Of a DNA stretch of 64,000 nucleotides, positions 1 to 11,787 are shown piece by piece; within the stretch, counting starts at the first letter, position 1, and every line of letters starts with the position of its first letter. The stretch lies in contig CAWEJC010000008.1 in the NCBI GenBank assembly GCA_963809265.1, forward strand, positions 211,550 to 275,549, read 5' to 3'. The DNA comes from an uncultured Actinomycetota bacterium. Lineage in GTDB: Bacteria > Actinomycetota > Actinomycetes > Propionibacteriales > Nocardioidaceae. A program made the translations under genes and the position numbers. Below the pieces are notes generated by a model, which ran no database searches, was not told the origin of the DNA, and worked only from the letters and a program-made list of their open reading frames with translations.

Positions 1-304
1 CGTACGAGCAGCCGAGCCTGGCCAGCATCGTCGCCGCGATCTCACCCGTGTAGGCGCCCGCGTCGTGCATGGAGACGTCCTGCGCGCCGTACCGGATCGA
101 GAGCCGGTCGCCGTCCACCAGCGTCTGCACCGAGCGGAGATCGGTGAACGGCGGGACGACCACCACCTCGGTGCGGGCGTAGTCGTGCTTCTTGTCGGCC
201 AGGATCCAGGCGAGCTTCTGGACCAGCGCCACCGCCTCGGAGTGGGTGAGGTTCATCTTCCAGTTGCCCGCCATCAGCGGGGTGCGACCGGGAGTGCGGG
301 CCAT
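1..304 (-). CDS. tpiA: triosephosphate isomerase (5' part, runs off the window)
   Basis: Manual translation from ATG at 304: [18 protein letters not shown]...PPFTDLRSV...YGAQDVS...GAYTGEI; follows pgk. Confidence 0.96.
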   Translation of the reverse strand, partial: MARTPGRTPLMAGNWKMNLTHSEAVALVQKLAWILADKKHDYARTEVVVVPPFTDLRSVQTLVDGDRLSIRYGAQDVSMHDAGAYTGEIAATMLARLGCSY

Positions 305-326
305 GGTGGTCCTTTCAGGGTGCCGT

Positions 327-370
327 GGTCTCGACTTCGCTCGACCGACGAGTATTCGCTCGACCGACGA
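327..370. repeat. short REP-like palindrome with a 16-bp direct duplication
   Basis: GGTCTCGACTTCGCTCGACC; TTCGCTCGACCGACGA at 336-351 and 355-370 in the pgk-tpiA spacer. Confidence 0.55.
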
Positions 371-381
371 TGGGGGGCGGG

Positions 382-1593
382 TCAGCGCTCGAGGACGGCG
401 ATCCCCGGGAGCTCCTTGCCCTCGAGGAGCTCGAGGCTGGCGCCGCCGCCGGTGGAGATGTGGCCGAAGGCGTCCTCGTCGAACCCGAGCTGGCGGACGG
501 CGGCGGCCGAGTCGCCGCCTCCGACCACCGAGAGGCCGTCGACCTCGGTCAGCGCCTGGGCCACCGCGCGGGTGCCGTCGGCGAACGCCGCGGTCTCGAA
601 GACCCCCATCGGTCCGTTCCAGAAGACGGTCTTGGCGTCCGCGATCGCCGAGGCGAACGCCCGCGCCGAGTCGGGCCCGATGTCGAGCCCGAGGCTGTCG
701 GACGGGATCTCGTCCGCCGGTACGACGCGGGGCTCGGGCTCGCGGTCGTCGGAGGGGAACTCGCTGTCGACGACGATGTCGGTCGGCAGCAGGATCTCGA
801 CCTGCGACTCCTCGGCCCGGCTCAGGTAGCCACGCACGGTGTCGAGCTGGTCCTCCTCGAGCAGGCTCTTGCCCACCTCGTGGCCCTGGGCGGCGAGGAA
901 GGTGAACACCATCCCGCCCCCGATCAGCAGCCGGTCGGCCTTCCCGAGCAGGTTGTCGATCACGCCGAGCTTGTCGGACACCTTGGACCCGCCGAGCACC
1001 ACGACGAAGGGGCGCTCCGGGTCGACGGTGAGCTTGCGGAGCACCTCGATCTCGGTCGCCACGAGCTGCCCCATCGCATGGGGCAGCCGCAACGCGACGT
1101 CGTACACGCTGGCCTGCTTGCGGTGGACGACGCCGAACCCGTCGGACACGAACGCGTCGCCGAGCTGGGCGAGCTGGTCGGCGAAGGCCCCGCGCACGTC
1201 GTCGTCCTTGCTCGTCTCGCCCGCGTTGAAGCGGACGTTCTCCAGCACCGCGACATCACCGTCGGCCAGTCCGTCGACGGTCTCCTGGGCCGACGGCCCT
1301 ACCGTGTCGGTCGCGAACGCGACGTCGCGCTCCAGCAGCTCACCGAGCCGCGCGGCCACCGGGCGCAGCGAGTAGCGGTCCTCGGGCTCTCCCTTCGGGC
1401 GGCCCAGGTGGGCCAGCACGACGACCTTGGCGCCGGCGTCCGCGAGGCTCCGGATGGTCGGCACGCTGGCCCGCACGCGGCCGTCGTCGGTGATCCGGGA
1501 TCCGTCGAGGGGGACGTTCAGGTCCGAGCGGACGAGGACCCGCTTGCCCCGGAGGTCGCCCAGCTGGTCGACGAGGCTGTCGGTCCCCGCCAC
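382..1593 (-). CDS. pgk: phosphoglycerate kinase
   Basis: C-terminal part of ORF 382..2340: [48 protein letters not shown]; GTG start at 1593 just after the gap stop. Confidence 0.97.
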   Translation of the reverse strand: MAGTDSLVDQLGDLRGKRVLVRSDLNVPLDGSRITDDGRVRASVPTIRSLADAGAKVVVLAHLGRPKGEPEDRYSLRPVAARLGELLERDVAFATDTVGPSAQETVDGLADGDVAVLENVRFNAGETSKDDDVRGAFADQLAQLGDAFVSDGFGVVHRKQASVYDVALRLPHAMGQLVATEIEVLRKLTVDPERPFVVVLGGSKVSDKLGVIDNLLGKADRLLIGGGMVFTFLAAQGHEVGKSLLEEDQLDTVRGYLSRAEESQVEILLPTDIVVDSEFPSDDREPEPRVVPADEIPSDSLGLDIGPDSARAFASAIADAKTVFWNGPMGVFETAAFADGTRAVAQALTEVDGLSVVGGGDSAAAVRQLGFDEDAFGHISTGGGASLELLEGKELPGIAVLER

Positions 1594-1595
1594 GG

Positions 1596-2603
<1,008 letters not shown>

Positions 2604-2626
2604 TCAGTCAGGGGGCCGTGTCGGTG

Positions 2627-2826
2627 TCTCGACCTTATCGCCCGCTCGGGAGTCGCCGGACAGGGTGACCCCCTGTCGGTCGGGCTGGTCGAGACCAGGG
2701 TCGGTGCGCCCGGCACCTCACCGGGTTTCGTCTCGCCTGACGCGGCTTCGCACGCTCAGCCGCGGGCTCGCTCAACCTGCGCTCGCCCACGCCGCGCCCT
2801 CGTTCCTGGGGCTCGGCTGCTCGCTT
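2627..2826. repeat. intergenic REP-like palindromic elements
   Basis: GTCTCGACC...GGTCGAGAC inverted pair and a GGTTTCG...CTCAACC element resembling the repeats at 21.4 and 45.9 kb. Confidence 0.5.
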
Positions 2827-2828
2827 GC

Positions 2829-3818
2829 TCAGTCATCCTCTTCGGCGAGCATCTCCGGCGTCAGCGAGGCCTCGGTGTCGGGGATCCCGAGCTCCTCGGC
2901 GCGCTTGTCCGCCATCGCCAGGAGGCGGCGGATGCGGCCGGCGATGGCGTCCTTGGTGAGCACCGGCTCGTGGAGCTGCCCGAGCTCCTCGAGGCTCGCC
3001 TGCTTGTGCTCGAGACGGAGGCCGCCGGCCATCTTCAGGTGGTCGGGCACCTCCTCGCCGAGGATCTCGAGGGCCCGCTCGACGCGCGCCCCGGCGGCGA
3101 CGGCGGCCCGGGCGGAGCGTCGGAGGTTGGCGTCGTCGAAGTTCGCGAGCCGGTTGGCCGTGGCCCGCACCTCGCGGCGCATCCGGCGCTCCTCCCAGGC
3201 CATCAGCGCCTCGTGGGCACCGAGCCGGGTGAGCAGCTGGGAGATGGCGTCGCCGTCGCGGATCACGACCCGGTCGACGCCGCGCACCTCGCGGGCCTTG
3301 GCGGGGATCCCGAGCCGGCGGGCGACGCCGACGAGGGCGAGCGCGGCCTCCGGTCCGGGGCAGGTGACCTCGAGCGACGAGGAACGACCGGGCTCGGTCA
3401 GCGAGCCGTGGGCCAGGAAGGCGCCACGCCACGCGGCCACCGCGTCGCAGGCACCGCCGGACACCACGGCCGGGGGCAGGCCGCGCACCGGCCGGCCGCG
3501 GTTGTCGAGGAGGCCCGTCTGCCGGGCCAGCGCCTCGCCGTCCTTGACGACCCGGACCAGGTAGCGGCTGCCCTTGCGGATGCCGTTGCCCTGGACCATC
3601 GCGACGTCGCTCTGGTGACCGAAGACCTCGGCGATGTCCTTGCGCAGCCGACGGGCCGCGGCGCCGGTGTCGAGCTCGGCCTCGACCACGATCTTGCCGC
3701 TGACGATGTGGAGGCCACCGGCGAAGCGGAGCATCGTCGACACCTCGGCCTTGCGACAGCAGGTCTTGGTGATGGTGGTGTTGGCGATCTCCGCCTTCAC
3801 CTGAGCCGTCATCGCCAT
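2829..3818 (-). CDS. whiA: DNA-binding protein WhiA
   Basis: [10 protein letters not shown]...[54 protein letters not shown]; canonical synteny. Confidence 0.97.
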   Translation of the reverse strand: MAMTAQVKAEIANTTITKTCCRKAEVSTMLRFAGGLHIVSGKIVVEAELDTGAAARRLRKDIAEVFGHQSDVAMVQGNGIRKGSRYLVRVVKDGEALARQTGLLDNRGRPVRGLPPAVVSGGACDAVAAWRGAFLAHGSLTEPGRSSSLEVTCPGPEAALALVGVARRLGIPAKAREVRGVDRVVIRDGDAISQLLTRLGAHEALMAWEERRMRREVRATANRLANFDDANLRRSARAAVAAGARVERALEILGEEVPDHLKMAGGLRLEHKQASLEELGQLHEPVLTKDAIAGRIRRLLAMADKRAEELGIPDTEASLTPEMLAEEDD

Positions 3819-3881
3819 GCGGCCGATCCTGCCATGCGCGTCAACAACCCTTGTGGGTAAGGCCGATCCGCGGGACCTTCG

Positions 3882-4847
3882 TCACCCGATGGAGGCCAGG
3901 ACCTCGGCGTACGCCGATGCCAGCTTCTCCGGGTCGTGCCTCGGAGAACCGTCGTCGCGGGCGACGTCGGCGACCAGCACGCGCGCACCGCACTTGCTCG
4001 CCAGCGCCTCCAGCTCCGCGAGGTCACCGGCGCCCGATCGGTCGACGAGGACCGTCCCGAGAGCCAGGTCGGGGGCGTGGTCGAGCAGGACCGCGAGGTG
4101 GTCGACGGCGCCGAACCCCTCGGTCTCGCCGTCCTGGGGCGCGAGGTTGAGGACGACCACGAGGTGGGCGTCGGTCTCGGTGAGGGCGTGCGCGAGGGCC
4201 GGGACCATGAGATGGGGCAGCACCGAGGTGAACCACGAGCCCGGGCCGAGCACCACCAGGTCGGCGTCGCGGACGGCGTCGACGGCCTGGGGGCAGGGGC
4301 GCAGGTCGGGCGGGAGCAGCGAGATCGACTCGATCGCACCGTCGGACGTGGCCACGGCGACCTGCCCGCGCACGGTGGTCAGCGCCTCCGGGTCGGCCGG
4401 GTCGAGGCCGCTGACCTGGGCGGAGATGTCGAGCGGGGTCAGGGCCATCGGCAGCACCCGACCCCGGGCGCCGAGCAGGCGGCCGACCCAGTCGAGCGCC
4501 TCGACGTGGTCGCCGAGCAGCTCCCAGAGACTGACGATCAGCAGGTTGCCGGTGACGTGCCCGTTCATCTCGCCGGTCCCGGCGAACCGGTGCTGCAGCA
4601 CCTGGGCCCACGTCTCGCCCCACTCGTCGTCGCCGCACAGCGCCGCCAGCGCCATCCGCAGGTCGCCGGGCGGCAGGACGCCGAACTCCGAGCGCAGGCG
4701 TCCCGACGAGCCACCGTCGTCGGCCACGGTGACCACGGCGGTGAGATCCACCGGGAGGTGCCGGAGGGCGGACAGGGACGCGTGCAGGCCGTGGCCGCCG
4801 CCGAGCGCGGTCACCCGCTGCTGGTACGGCGGGCTGTCGTCGAGCAC
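3882..4847 (-). CDS. yvcK: YvcK/CuvA family UDP-GlcNAc-binding protein
   Basis: ALGGGHGL, VADDGGSSGRLR, LPPGDLR, LGPGSWFTS; lies between rapZ and whiA. Confidence 0.94.
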   Translation of the reverse strand: MLDDSPPYQQRVTALGGGHGLHASLSALRHLPVDLTAVVTVADDGGSSGRLRSEFGVLPPGDLRMALAALCGDDEWGETWAQVLQHRFAGTGEMNGHVTGNLLIVSLWELLGDHVEALDWVGRLLGARGRVLPMALTPLDISAQVSGLDPADPEALTTVRGQVAVATSDGAIESISLLPPDLRPCPQAVDAVRDADLVVLGPGSWFTSVLPHLMVPALAHALTETDAHLVVVLNLAPQDGETEGFGAVDHLAVLLDHAPDLALGTVLVDRSGAGDLAELEALASKCGARVLVADVARDDGSPRHDPEKLASAYAEVLASIG

Positions 4848-4848
4848 G

Positions 4849-5739
4849 TCACTCCCGCCCGAGGTCGCGGTGGACCGTGCCGACGTCGTACCCGGCCTCA
4901 CGCAGCTGCCGGGCGATCTCCTCGGTCATCGCCACGCTGCGGTGCTTGCCGCCCGTGCACCCGAGGGCGATGGACATGAAGCGCTTGCCTTCACGGAGAT
5001 AGCCCTGCGCGACCCCTGACAGCATCTCGACGTAGCGGTCGACGAACTGGCGCGCCCCCTCCTGCTCGAGGACGTAGCCGCTGACCTCGGCCGAGCGGCC
5101 GGTCTGACCGCGCAGGTGCGGCACCCAGTAGGGATTGGGCAGCCAGCGCATGTCGGCGACGAAGTCGGCGTCGACGGGGATGCCGTACTTGAACCCGAAG
5201 CTCATCACCGTGACCCGGAGCCGCATGGTGTCCGGCGTGCCGAACGACTCGGCGATCCGGTCGGTGAGCTGGTGGACGTTGAAGTCGGAGGTGTCGATGA
5301 CCAGGTCGGCGTTGGCCCGGAGGTTGGCCAGGGCCGTGCGCTCACGGTGGAGACCGTCGATCAGCCGGCCGCTGGCCTGCAGCGGGTGGGGACGCCGGGC
5401 GGCCTCCTGGCGACGGACGAGCACCTCGTCGGTGGCGTCGAGGAAGAGCAGGGTGGTGCCGCGACCCACGGCGTGCTGGGCGAGGTTGGCCTGCAGGGAC
5501 TCGAAGAACGCGCCCGACCGGACGTCGACCACCACCGCGATGGGCTGGCTGGTGCCGCGGCTCTCGTCGACCAGTCGCACGACCTCGCGCAGCAGGGACG
5601 GCGGCAGGTTGTCGACGACGTAGAAGCCGAGGTCCTCCAGCTCCTTGGCGGCGGTGCTGCGGCCCGCGCCGGTCATCCCGGTGACGACGACGACCTCACC
5701 CAGGTGCTCGGGTGGCAGCCCGGCGATCGGCTCGGACAT
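4849..5739 (-). CDS. rapZ: RapZ/YvcJ family P-loop nucleotide-binding protein
   Basis: TGMTGAGRS, VDNLP, SFGFKYGIP, GCTGGKHRSV, HRDLGRE. Confidence 0.95.
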   Translation of the reverse strand: MSEPIAGLPPEHLGEVVVVTGMTGAGRSTAAKELEDLGFYVVDNLPPSLLREVVRLVDESRGTSQPIAVVVDVRSGAFFESLQANLAQHAVGRGTTLLFLDATDEVLVRRQEAARRPHPLQASGRLIDGLHRERTALANLRANADLVIDTSDFNVHQLTDRIAESFGTPDTMRLRVTVMSFGFKYGIPVDADFVADMRWLPNPYWVPHLRGQTGRSAEVSGYVLEQEGARQFVDRYVEMLSGVAQGYLREGKRFMSIALGCTGGKHRSVAMTEEIARQLREAGYDVGTVHRDLGRE

Positions 5740-7727
5740 CACTCCTCCTCGGTGATCTCGCCGGTGGCGGTGTTCACGGTCTGACGGCTCGCCTGACCAG
5801 CAGTCTGACGCGACGCGCGCTGGACCGCATCCTTGATGGCCACGGCGGTGCGCGGGCCGATGCCGGGGACCAGCGCGATCTCGTCGACCTCGGCGGCGCG
5901 CAGCTTCTTCAGCGATCCGAAGTGCTTGACCAGCGTGCGCCGGCGTACCTCCCCGAGGCCGGGGACGTCGTCGAGCATGCTCTCGACCATCGACTTCGAA
6001 CGGCGTGAGCGGTGGTGGGTGATCGCGAACCGGTGGGCCTCGTCACGCACCCGCTGGAGGAGGTAGAGACCCTCGGAGGTGCGCGCGAAGATCACCGGGT
6101 CCTCCTGGTCGGGCAGCCACACCTCCTCGAGCCGCTTGGCCAGTCCGCAGACCGGGATGTCGACGACGCCGAGCTCGCGCATCGCCGCTTGGGCGGCGGC
6201 GACCTGCGGTGGACCGCCGTCGACCACGACCAACCCCGGCGCGTAGGCGAACTTCCGGGGCCGGCCGGTCTCGGGGTCGACCAGCATCGGGCCCGACCCG
6301 GTGTCGACCTCGGTGGACCTGGCCTGCTCGTCGAGCAGCCGCCGGAAGCGCCGGGTGATCACCTCGTGCATCGAGGCGACGTCGTTCTGCCCCTCGACCC
6401 CCTTGATCAGGAACCGGCGGTACTCGCTCTTGCGCGCGAGGCCGTCCTCGAAGACGACCATGCTCGCCACGACCTCGGTGCCCTGGAGGTTGGAGATGTC
6501 GTAGCACTCGATCCGCAACGGCGCCTCGTCGAGGCCGAGCTGCTGCTGGATCTCCTCCAGCGCCTGGTTGCGGGCGGTGAGGTCGGTGCCGCGCTTGGTC
6601 TTGTGCATCATCAGGGCCTGCCCGGCGTTGCGCGCGACGGTCTCCTGCAGGGTGCGCTTGTCCCCGCGCTGCGGCACCCGGATGCGGACCCGGCTGCCGC
6701 GCTTCTCCGACAACAGCTCCTCGAACACCTCGTGCTCGGGCGGCAGGGCCGGCACCAGGATCTCGCGGGGGACGGCGCCCTCGTCGTCGTCGGCACCGGC
6801 GTACAGCTGGAGGAGGAACTGCTCGACGAGCTCGGCCGTGCCGCCCTCGTCGACCCTGTCGGCGACCCAGCCGCGTTGCCCGCGGATCCGGCCGCCACGC
6901 ACGTAGAAGATCTGCACCGCGACCTCGAGCGGGTCCTCCGCGAGGGCGATCACGTCGGCGTCGGTGCCGTCGCCGAGGACGACCGCCTGCTTCTCCAGCG
7001 CCTTCTCGATGGCACCGAGGTCGTCGCGGAGACGAGCGGCCCGCTCGAAGTCGAGCTCGTCGGAGGCGGCGTACATCTCGTCGCGGATACGCCGGACGAA
7101 AGCGTTGGTGTGGCCGCCCATGAAGTCGCAGAAGTCGTCGACGATCGCGCGGTGGTCGTCGGCGGAGATGTTGCCGACGCACGGGGCCGAGCACTTCTCG
7201 ATGTAGCCGAGCAGGCAGGGACGGCCGATCTGCCCGGACCGCTTGAAGACGCCGTTGGAGCAGGACCGCATCGGGAAGACGCGCAGCAGCTGGTCGACGG
7301 TCTCGCGGATCGCCCAGGCGTGGCTGTAGGGGCCGAAGTAGCGCGTCCCCTTCTTCTTCGCGCCGCGACCGACCATCACCCGCGGGTAGTCCTCGCCGAC
7401 GGTCACCGCCAGCCAGGGGTAGGACTTGTCGTCGCGGTACTTCACGTTGTAGCGCGGGTCGAACTCCTTGATCCAGCTGTACTCCAGCTGGAGGGCCTCG
7501 ACCTCGGTGTTGACCACGGTCCACTCGACCGCGGCCGCCGAGGTGACCATGGCGGCGGTGCGGGAGTGCAGGTTGCCGATGTCCTGGAAGTACGACGTCA
7601 GCCGGGAGCGGAGGTTCTTCGCCTTGCCGACGTAGATGACCCGGCCGCGGGCGTCGCGGAACTTGTAGACACCCGGCTGGGTCGGGATCTCCCCCGTCTT
7701 GGGACGGTAGGACGCCGGGTTGACCAC
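5739..7727 (-). CDS. uvrC: excinuclease ABC subunit C
   Basis: GIY-YIG N-terminus (PGVYKF...YVGKAKNLR), [22 protein letters not shown]-terminal HhH; GTG start at 7727. Confidence 0.97.
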   Translation of the reverse strand: MVNPASYRPKTGEIPTQPGVYKFRDARGRVIYVGKAKNLRSRLTSYFQDIGNLHSRTAAMVTSAAAVEWTVVNTEVEALQLEYSWIKEFDPRYNVKYRDDKSYPWLAVTVGEDYPRVMVGRGAKKKGTRYFGPYSHAWAIRETVDQLLRVFPMRSCSNGVFKRSGQIGRPCLLGYIEKCSAPCVGNISADDHRAIVDDFCDFMGGHTNAFVRRIRDEMYAASDELDFERAARLRDDLGAIEKALEKQAVVLGDGTDADVIALAEDPLEVAVQIFYVRGGRIRGQRGWVADRVDEGGTAELVEQFLLQLYAGADDDEGAVPREILVPALPPEHEVFEELLSEKRGSRVRIRVPQRGDKRTLQETVARNAGQALMMHKTKRGTDLTARNQALEEIQQQLGLDEAPLRIECYDISNLQGTEVVASMVVFEDGLARKSEYRRFLIKGVEGQNDVASMHEVITRRFRRLLDEQARSTEVDTGSGPMLVDPETGRPRKFAYAPGLVVVDGGPPQVAAAQAAMRELGVVDIPVCGLAKRLEEVWLPDQEDPVIFARTSEGLYLLQRVRDEAHRFAITHHRSRRSKSMVESMLDDVPGLGEVRRRTLVKHFGSLKKLRAAEVDEIALVPGIGPRTAVAIKDAVQRASRQTAGQASRQTVNTATGEITEEE

Positions 7728-7734
7728 GTCCTCA

Positions 7735-7756
7735 AGCCTACGGGCCGGCGACGACA
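7735..7756 (-). promoter_or_regulatory. PafBC/RecA-NDp-type promoter of uvrC
   Basis: Minus strand TGTCGT-N10-TAGGCT, 7 nt before the GTG; the TAG is also the stop codon of the upstream decarboxylase. Confidence 0.7.
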
Positions 7757-9231
7757 CCCGACCCGACAGCCAGGACCGTCGCCAGCGTGGGGTCGGCGGC
7801 GTACGCGATCCGTGCGCCGTCCGCCTGCGCCTGCCGCAGCGCGTCGAGCGCCGTCGCGGTGATCCGCTCCCCCGGCGCGAGCAGGGGTACGCCGGGCGGG
7901 TAGGGCGCGACCACCTCGGCACACACCCGGCCGGCGGCTTCCGCCCAGGGCACCGGCTCGCGCTCGGCGAAGAACGCCTCTCGCGGCGTCAGCACCTGCT
8001 CGGCGTCGGTGGCCCACGCCGCGTGCGCGACGACCGGACGTGCCTCGCCGAGGTGGCGCTGGATCGTCGCGGCCAACGCCTCGGCGAGGTCGACCACGGC
8101 GCGGTCGTCGTCGGCCAGGGTCACCATCGGCACGAGGAGGTCGCGGTCGGCCATCTCCAGCGAGAGGCCGGCGGCGGCCAGGTCGCGGTCGACCGCGATC
8201 CCGTCGGCTCCGGTCGCCGCGAGGAGCAGCACGAGCTTGGCGTCGTCGAAGCGATCGGCACCGAACGTCGACGCGTCCGGCAGCACCAGCCCGGGCACCC
8301 GACGCAGGACCCCGCGGGCCCGGCGTACCCGCTCGAGCAAGGCTCCCAGCAGCTCCTCGCCCTGCGCTGCCATCAGGGCCAGGGCACCGTCCACCCCGGC
8401 GAGGATCGCGCCGGAGGGTGACGTGGTGGCGGCCGCGTCCATGGCCCGGTCCAGCCGGTCACGGGCCAGCAGCCCGGTGCGGGCGACCACCACGGCGCCC
8501 TGGTTGAGCGCCGGGAGGGCCTTGTGGGCGCTGGTCACCACTGCATCTGCACCGGCCATGAGCGGATGCGCCGGCAGGTCGGGGTGACCGCCCAGGTGGG
8601 CGCCCCAGGCGGCGTCGACGACGAGCGGGACCCCGGCCCTGCGAGTCACCTCGCTCAACGCGGCCACGTCGGCGCAGGTCCCGACGTACGACGGGCTGGT
8701 GACGAAGACGGCGCGGGCCTCCGGGTGCTCCCGGAGCGCGTCCTCGATGGTCGAGGCGTCGAGTCCGAGTGGGAGGCCGGTCGGCTGGTGGAGGGGCGGA
8801 TGCACCCACACCGGTCTCAGGCCGGCCAGCACCAGACCCAGGTGCACGGACCGGTGCGAGGTCCGGTCGACGACGACGGTGTCACCCGGCGAGCCGACCG
8901 CCAACGCGAGTGCCTGGTTGCCGTGGGTCGACCCGCCGACGGAGTACCGGCACCAGTCCGCCCCGAGCCGCACGGCCGCCCGCTCCTCGGCCTGCCGGAC
9001 CAGGGCGTCGGCCTCGCGGACCGGGGCCAGGCCGCCGTACAGCGGGACGTCGCCGGCGACGACCTCGCCGATCAGGTCCACCGCGTGCTTGTGGCCGGGG
9101 ATCGTGAACGGCCGGAGACGACCGGAGGCGAGGCGCTGCTGCGCGTCGACCCACGCCCGGAGCAGCGGTGCGTCGTCGAGCCAGGCCGGATCCACGCCCG
9201 GATGCTCCCACGTCACGATCCGGCTACGCAC
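7738..9231 (-). CDS. Orn/Lys/Arg decarboxylase family PLP enzyme
   Basis: [43 protein letters not shown] (PLP lysine), C-terminal [13 protein letters not shown]; start uncertain. Confidence 0.88.
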   Translation of the reverse strand: MRSRIVTWEHPGVDPAWLDDAPLLRAWVDAQQRLASGRLRPFTIPGHKHAVDLIGEVVAGDVPLYGGLAPVREADALVRQAEERAAVRLGADWCRYSVGGSTHGNQALALAVGSPGDTVVVDRTSHRSVHLGLVLAGLRPVWVHPPLHQPTGLPLGLDASTIEDALREHPEARAVFVTSPSYVGTCADVAALSEVTRRAGVPLVVDAAWGAHLGGHPDLPAHPLMAGADAVVTSAHKALPALNQGAVVVARTGLLARDRLDRAMDAAATTSPSGAILAGVDGALALMAAQGEELLGALLERVRRARGVLRRVPGLVLPDASTFGADRFDDAKLVLLLAATGADGIAVDRDLAAAGLSLEMADRDLLVPMVTLADDDRAVVDLAEALAATIQRHLGEARPVVAHAAWATDAEQVLTPREAFFAEREPVPWAEAAGRVCAEVVAPYPPGVPLLAPGERITATALDALRQAQADGARIAYAADPTLATVLAVGSGVVAGP

Positions 9232-9247
9232 GGCGCCGGAGGCTGAG

Positions 9248-10946
9248 TCAGCGCACCTTCGAGGTCCTGGCCGACGTCTTCGACACCGTCGCGTACCCGG
9301 GCTTCGTCCCGGTCACCCTCACCGTGATCCGCCGGCCCTGCTGGGCATGGGTCAGCGTCAGCGAGGCCCCGGAGCGTGCTTGATCTTCTTCCCGTTCGGC
9401 GAACCAGGAGTAGGCGAACGTCGTGCCGCTCGTCCAGGCGCCGGGCCTGGCGGTGAGCGTCCTGCCGACCTCGGCCCTGCCCGCACTCCCCGGCCTCGAC
9501 GCCTTGAGACTCCGAGGAGCGAACCGGACGGTGACGTGCGCGCCGCCCGCGTCGAGGGCACCGACGTGGACGCTCAGGTCTCCCGAGCCGTTGGTCCACG
9601 TGGAGCCGGCGCCGAGCGAGGTGTCGCCGTTGTCGTCCAGGACCAGGGTGTCGACACCCGAACCGTCGCGGGCGGCGTTGATGGTGACCCCCGGCGCGTA
9701 GCGGAGCGGCCCCCGGGTCGAGCTTCAGGTACATGCCGTGGGCGGTGTAGAACGCGCCGACGTCCTGACCCCTCCCCGAGCGGTAGTCGAGATAGAGCGC
9801 TCTGCCGGTGTCGGGGTTGACCACGCGGACACTCCGGAGGCCGGCGTCGTGGTCGCGCGGCCTGATCGTCGCGCTCACGTGGACCGCCGTCGTCCCGAGC
9901 CCGATCGGGACGTCCCGGACCTCACCGTCGTCGGTGATCCCCTGGAAGACCCGGTACGGCGTGCTGAGCGCGGTGAGCCCGTTGTACCCGGGCAGCACGT
10001 AGCCCATCACGTCGTACGCGCCGAAGTACTCCAGCGAGGATCCCGAGACGCGGGCGTTGGCGTGGGCGAAGCCGTAGTTGTGCCCGGTCTCGTGGGCGTA
10101 GGCGCCGTTGATCGCGGTGCCGGCCTTCACGATCAGGGCTCCCCCGCTGGCGAAGCTGGTGCCGACGGTGCCCTCGCCCACCAGGCTGCCGCTGGAGCAG
10201 GCCGGTGACACGAAGACCACGAGCTGGTTCGATCCGCCGAACATGTCGACGTCGGGGAACCTCGCGGCCGCCTCCTGCACGACGTCGAAGAAGTCGCTGC
10301 CGAGACCGCAGTCGGTCGTGCTCAGGGTGGTCTTGTAGTGCGTGACCCTGTCGGGCACGCGGATGCTCGTGATGGCGCCGTTCGCCTCGCCCTTCCAGTA
10401 GGAGGCGACCGTGCTGACGTGGCCGAGCAGCTTCGAGTCCCGCTGACCGAGGGCACCCTTGTTGTCCATCGCCGTGACGAACTGCTGGTGCGAGGTCGAC
10501 GTGACGGTGGGTGCCCGGGCGGTCAGGGTCGGTGTGCCCGAGACGCGCAGCGTCAGGGAGCGCTGGTCGACCAGCTGGAGGGCGTCCGACCCCGAGGCGG
10601 AAGTCGCGCCCAGCGTCGCGTTGCGCGCGACCGACGTGCCGTGGGCAGCCAGCGCGGAGACCACCGAGGCCGGCAGCACGAGGCGACCGGTGAAGTGCGA
10701 GAGCGGGCGGGCGTCCCCGAGCGGGCCGCTGACCGGCACGATGTCGCCGTCCGCCAGCGCGACGGCGTACGTCGGCCGGCTGCCGGGTTCGTCGGTCTGC
10801 GCGACCAGGAGGGTGCCGTGCACCTCCACCGTCGTCGCTGCGACGGGCTCGGCGGCACCGGCGTCGGTCGACGTGGCGGCCACCACGGCCGCGGCCGACA
10901 ATGTCAAGGCTCCTGCGAGCACAGCGATCCGTCGCATGCCTGGCAT
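9248..10946 (-). CDS. secreted metzincin-type (M11/gametolysin-like) zinc protease with C-terminal beta domain; frameshifted
   Basis: Signal peptide, HETGHNYGFAH zinc motif, YDVMG Met-turn; C-terminus (GAWTSGTTFAYSWFA...GRRITVRVTGTKPGY...KVR*) recovered across frameshifts near 9720, 9405 and 9375. Confidence 0.72.
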
Positions 10947-10949
10947 GTC

Positions 10950-11021
10950 GCCCCCCGGCGGTGTTTCTCGGCAAGACGACGCCCCCGGCGGTCTTCATCG
11001 AGAAGACGACGCCCCCCGGCG
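10950..11021. repeat. ~30-bp tandem repeat (about 2.4 copies)
   Basis: GCCCCCCGGCGGTGTTTCTCGGCAAGACGAC / GCCCCCGGCGGTCTTCATCGAGAAGACGAC / GCCCCCCGGCG. Confidence 0.75.
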
Positions 11022-11082
11022 TACGTCTCACCAGGAGACTAGGCGGTCACCTGTGGCACGTCAGCCGAACGCGGGACTGGAC

Positions 11083-11110
11083 GGCCTTCGTGACGCGTGT
11101 CACGGAGGCC
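11083..11110 (-). terminator. hairpin terminator after the Rieske gene
   Basis: GGCCTTCGTGAC-GCGT-GTCACGGAGGCC 12-bp stem (one imperfect pair) just past the stop. Confidence 0.6.
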
Positions 11111-11115
11111 GAGGC

Positions 11116-11592
11116 TCAGCCGGGGACGACGTTCGCGCCCTTGACCTCGACCGCGATCTTCGGCAGGGCCGCGACCGACCCGGCGGCCGAACCGCTGGGG
11201 CCGGCCACGTTGCTGCCGTCGGTGATCGAGAACTGGCTGCCGTGGCAGCCGCAGTTGATCGTGCCACTGGCGACGCTGGCCAGGATGCAGCCCTGGTGGG
11301 TACAGGTCGCGGAGAACCCCTCGAAGGTCCCCTTCTGGGGCTGGGTGACCACGACGTTCCGGCTGGCCAGGATGACGCCACCGCCCACCGGGACGTCCTT
11401 GGCGGCCACCAGCGAGTCGTCGGCCGGCGCCTGGCTCTTGCCGTCGGTGCTGCTGCTCTGCGAGCTGGACGGGTCCTGCGCGGAAGCGCTCGACGAGCCG
11501 CCACTGCCGCAGGCGGACAGCAGCGGAAGGGTCAGGCCACCCACGGCCGCACCGGTGAGGGCACGACGTCGGGTGAGGGCGGGGTCGGTCAC
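11116..11592 (-). CDS. Rieske [2Fe-2S] protein, probable Tat-exported lipoprotein
   Basis: TRRRAL twin-arginine motif, LSAC lipobox, CTHQGC and CGCHGSQF boxes. Confidence 0.9.
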   Translation of the reverse strand: MTDPALTRRRALTGAAVGGLTLPLLSACGSGGSSSASAQDPSSSQSSSTDGKSQAPADDSLVAAKDVPVGGGVILASRNVVVTQPQKGTFEGFSATCTHQGCILASVASGTINCGCHGSQFSITDGSNVAGPSGSAAGSVAALPKIAVEVKGANVVPG

Positions 11593-11787
11593 GGGGATGC
11601 TCCTCGTGGTCGGCGGGTGGTCGGCGGCGGTCAGCGGATGTTCTGCGGGGTCTGCGGGGTCTGCGGGACCAGGCTCTCGACGCTAGCCGGGCCGCCTGAG
11701 GTTTCGCTGTGGGACCTTCGTCCTAGGACCTACGCACGGGCGTGACGCAGCGTTCGATCAGTGGGCGCTCGGTCTGCCGGCGTCCGG

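Noticed and set aside
10950-11021. Possible CRISPR (GC-rich repeat with ~30-bp period)
   Set aside because: The units are contiguous tandem copies; the intervening parts resemble each other rather than being unique spacers.
11642-11667. TCTGCGGGG x3 upstream of the Rieske gene
   Set aside because: Short GC-rich microsatellite with no second occurrence or supporting context.
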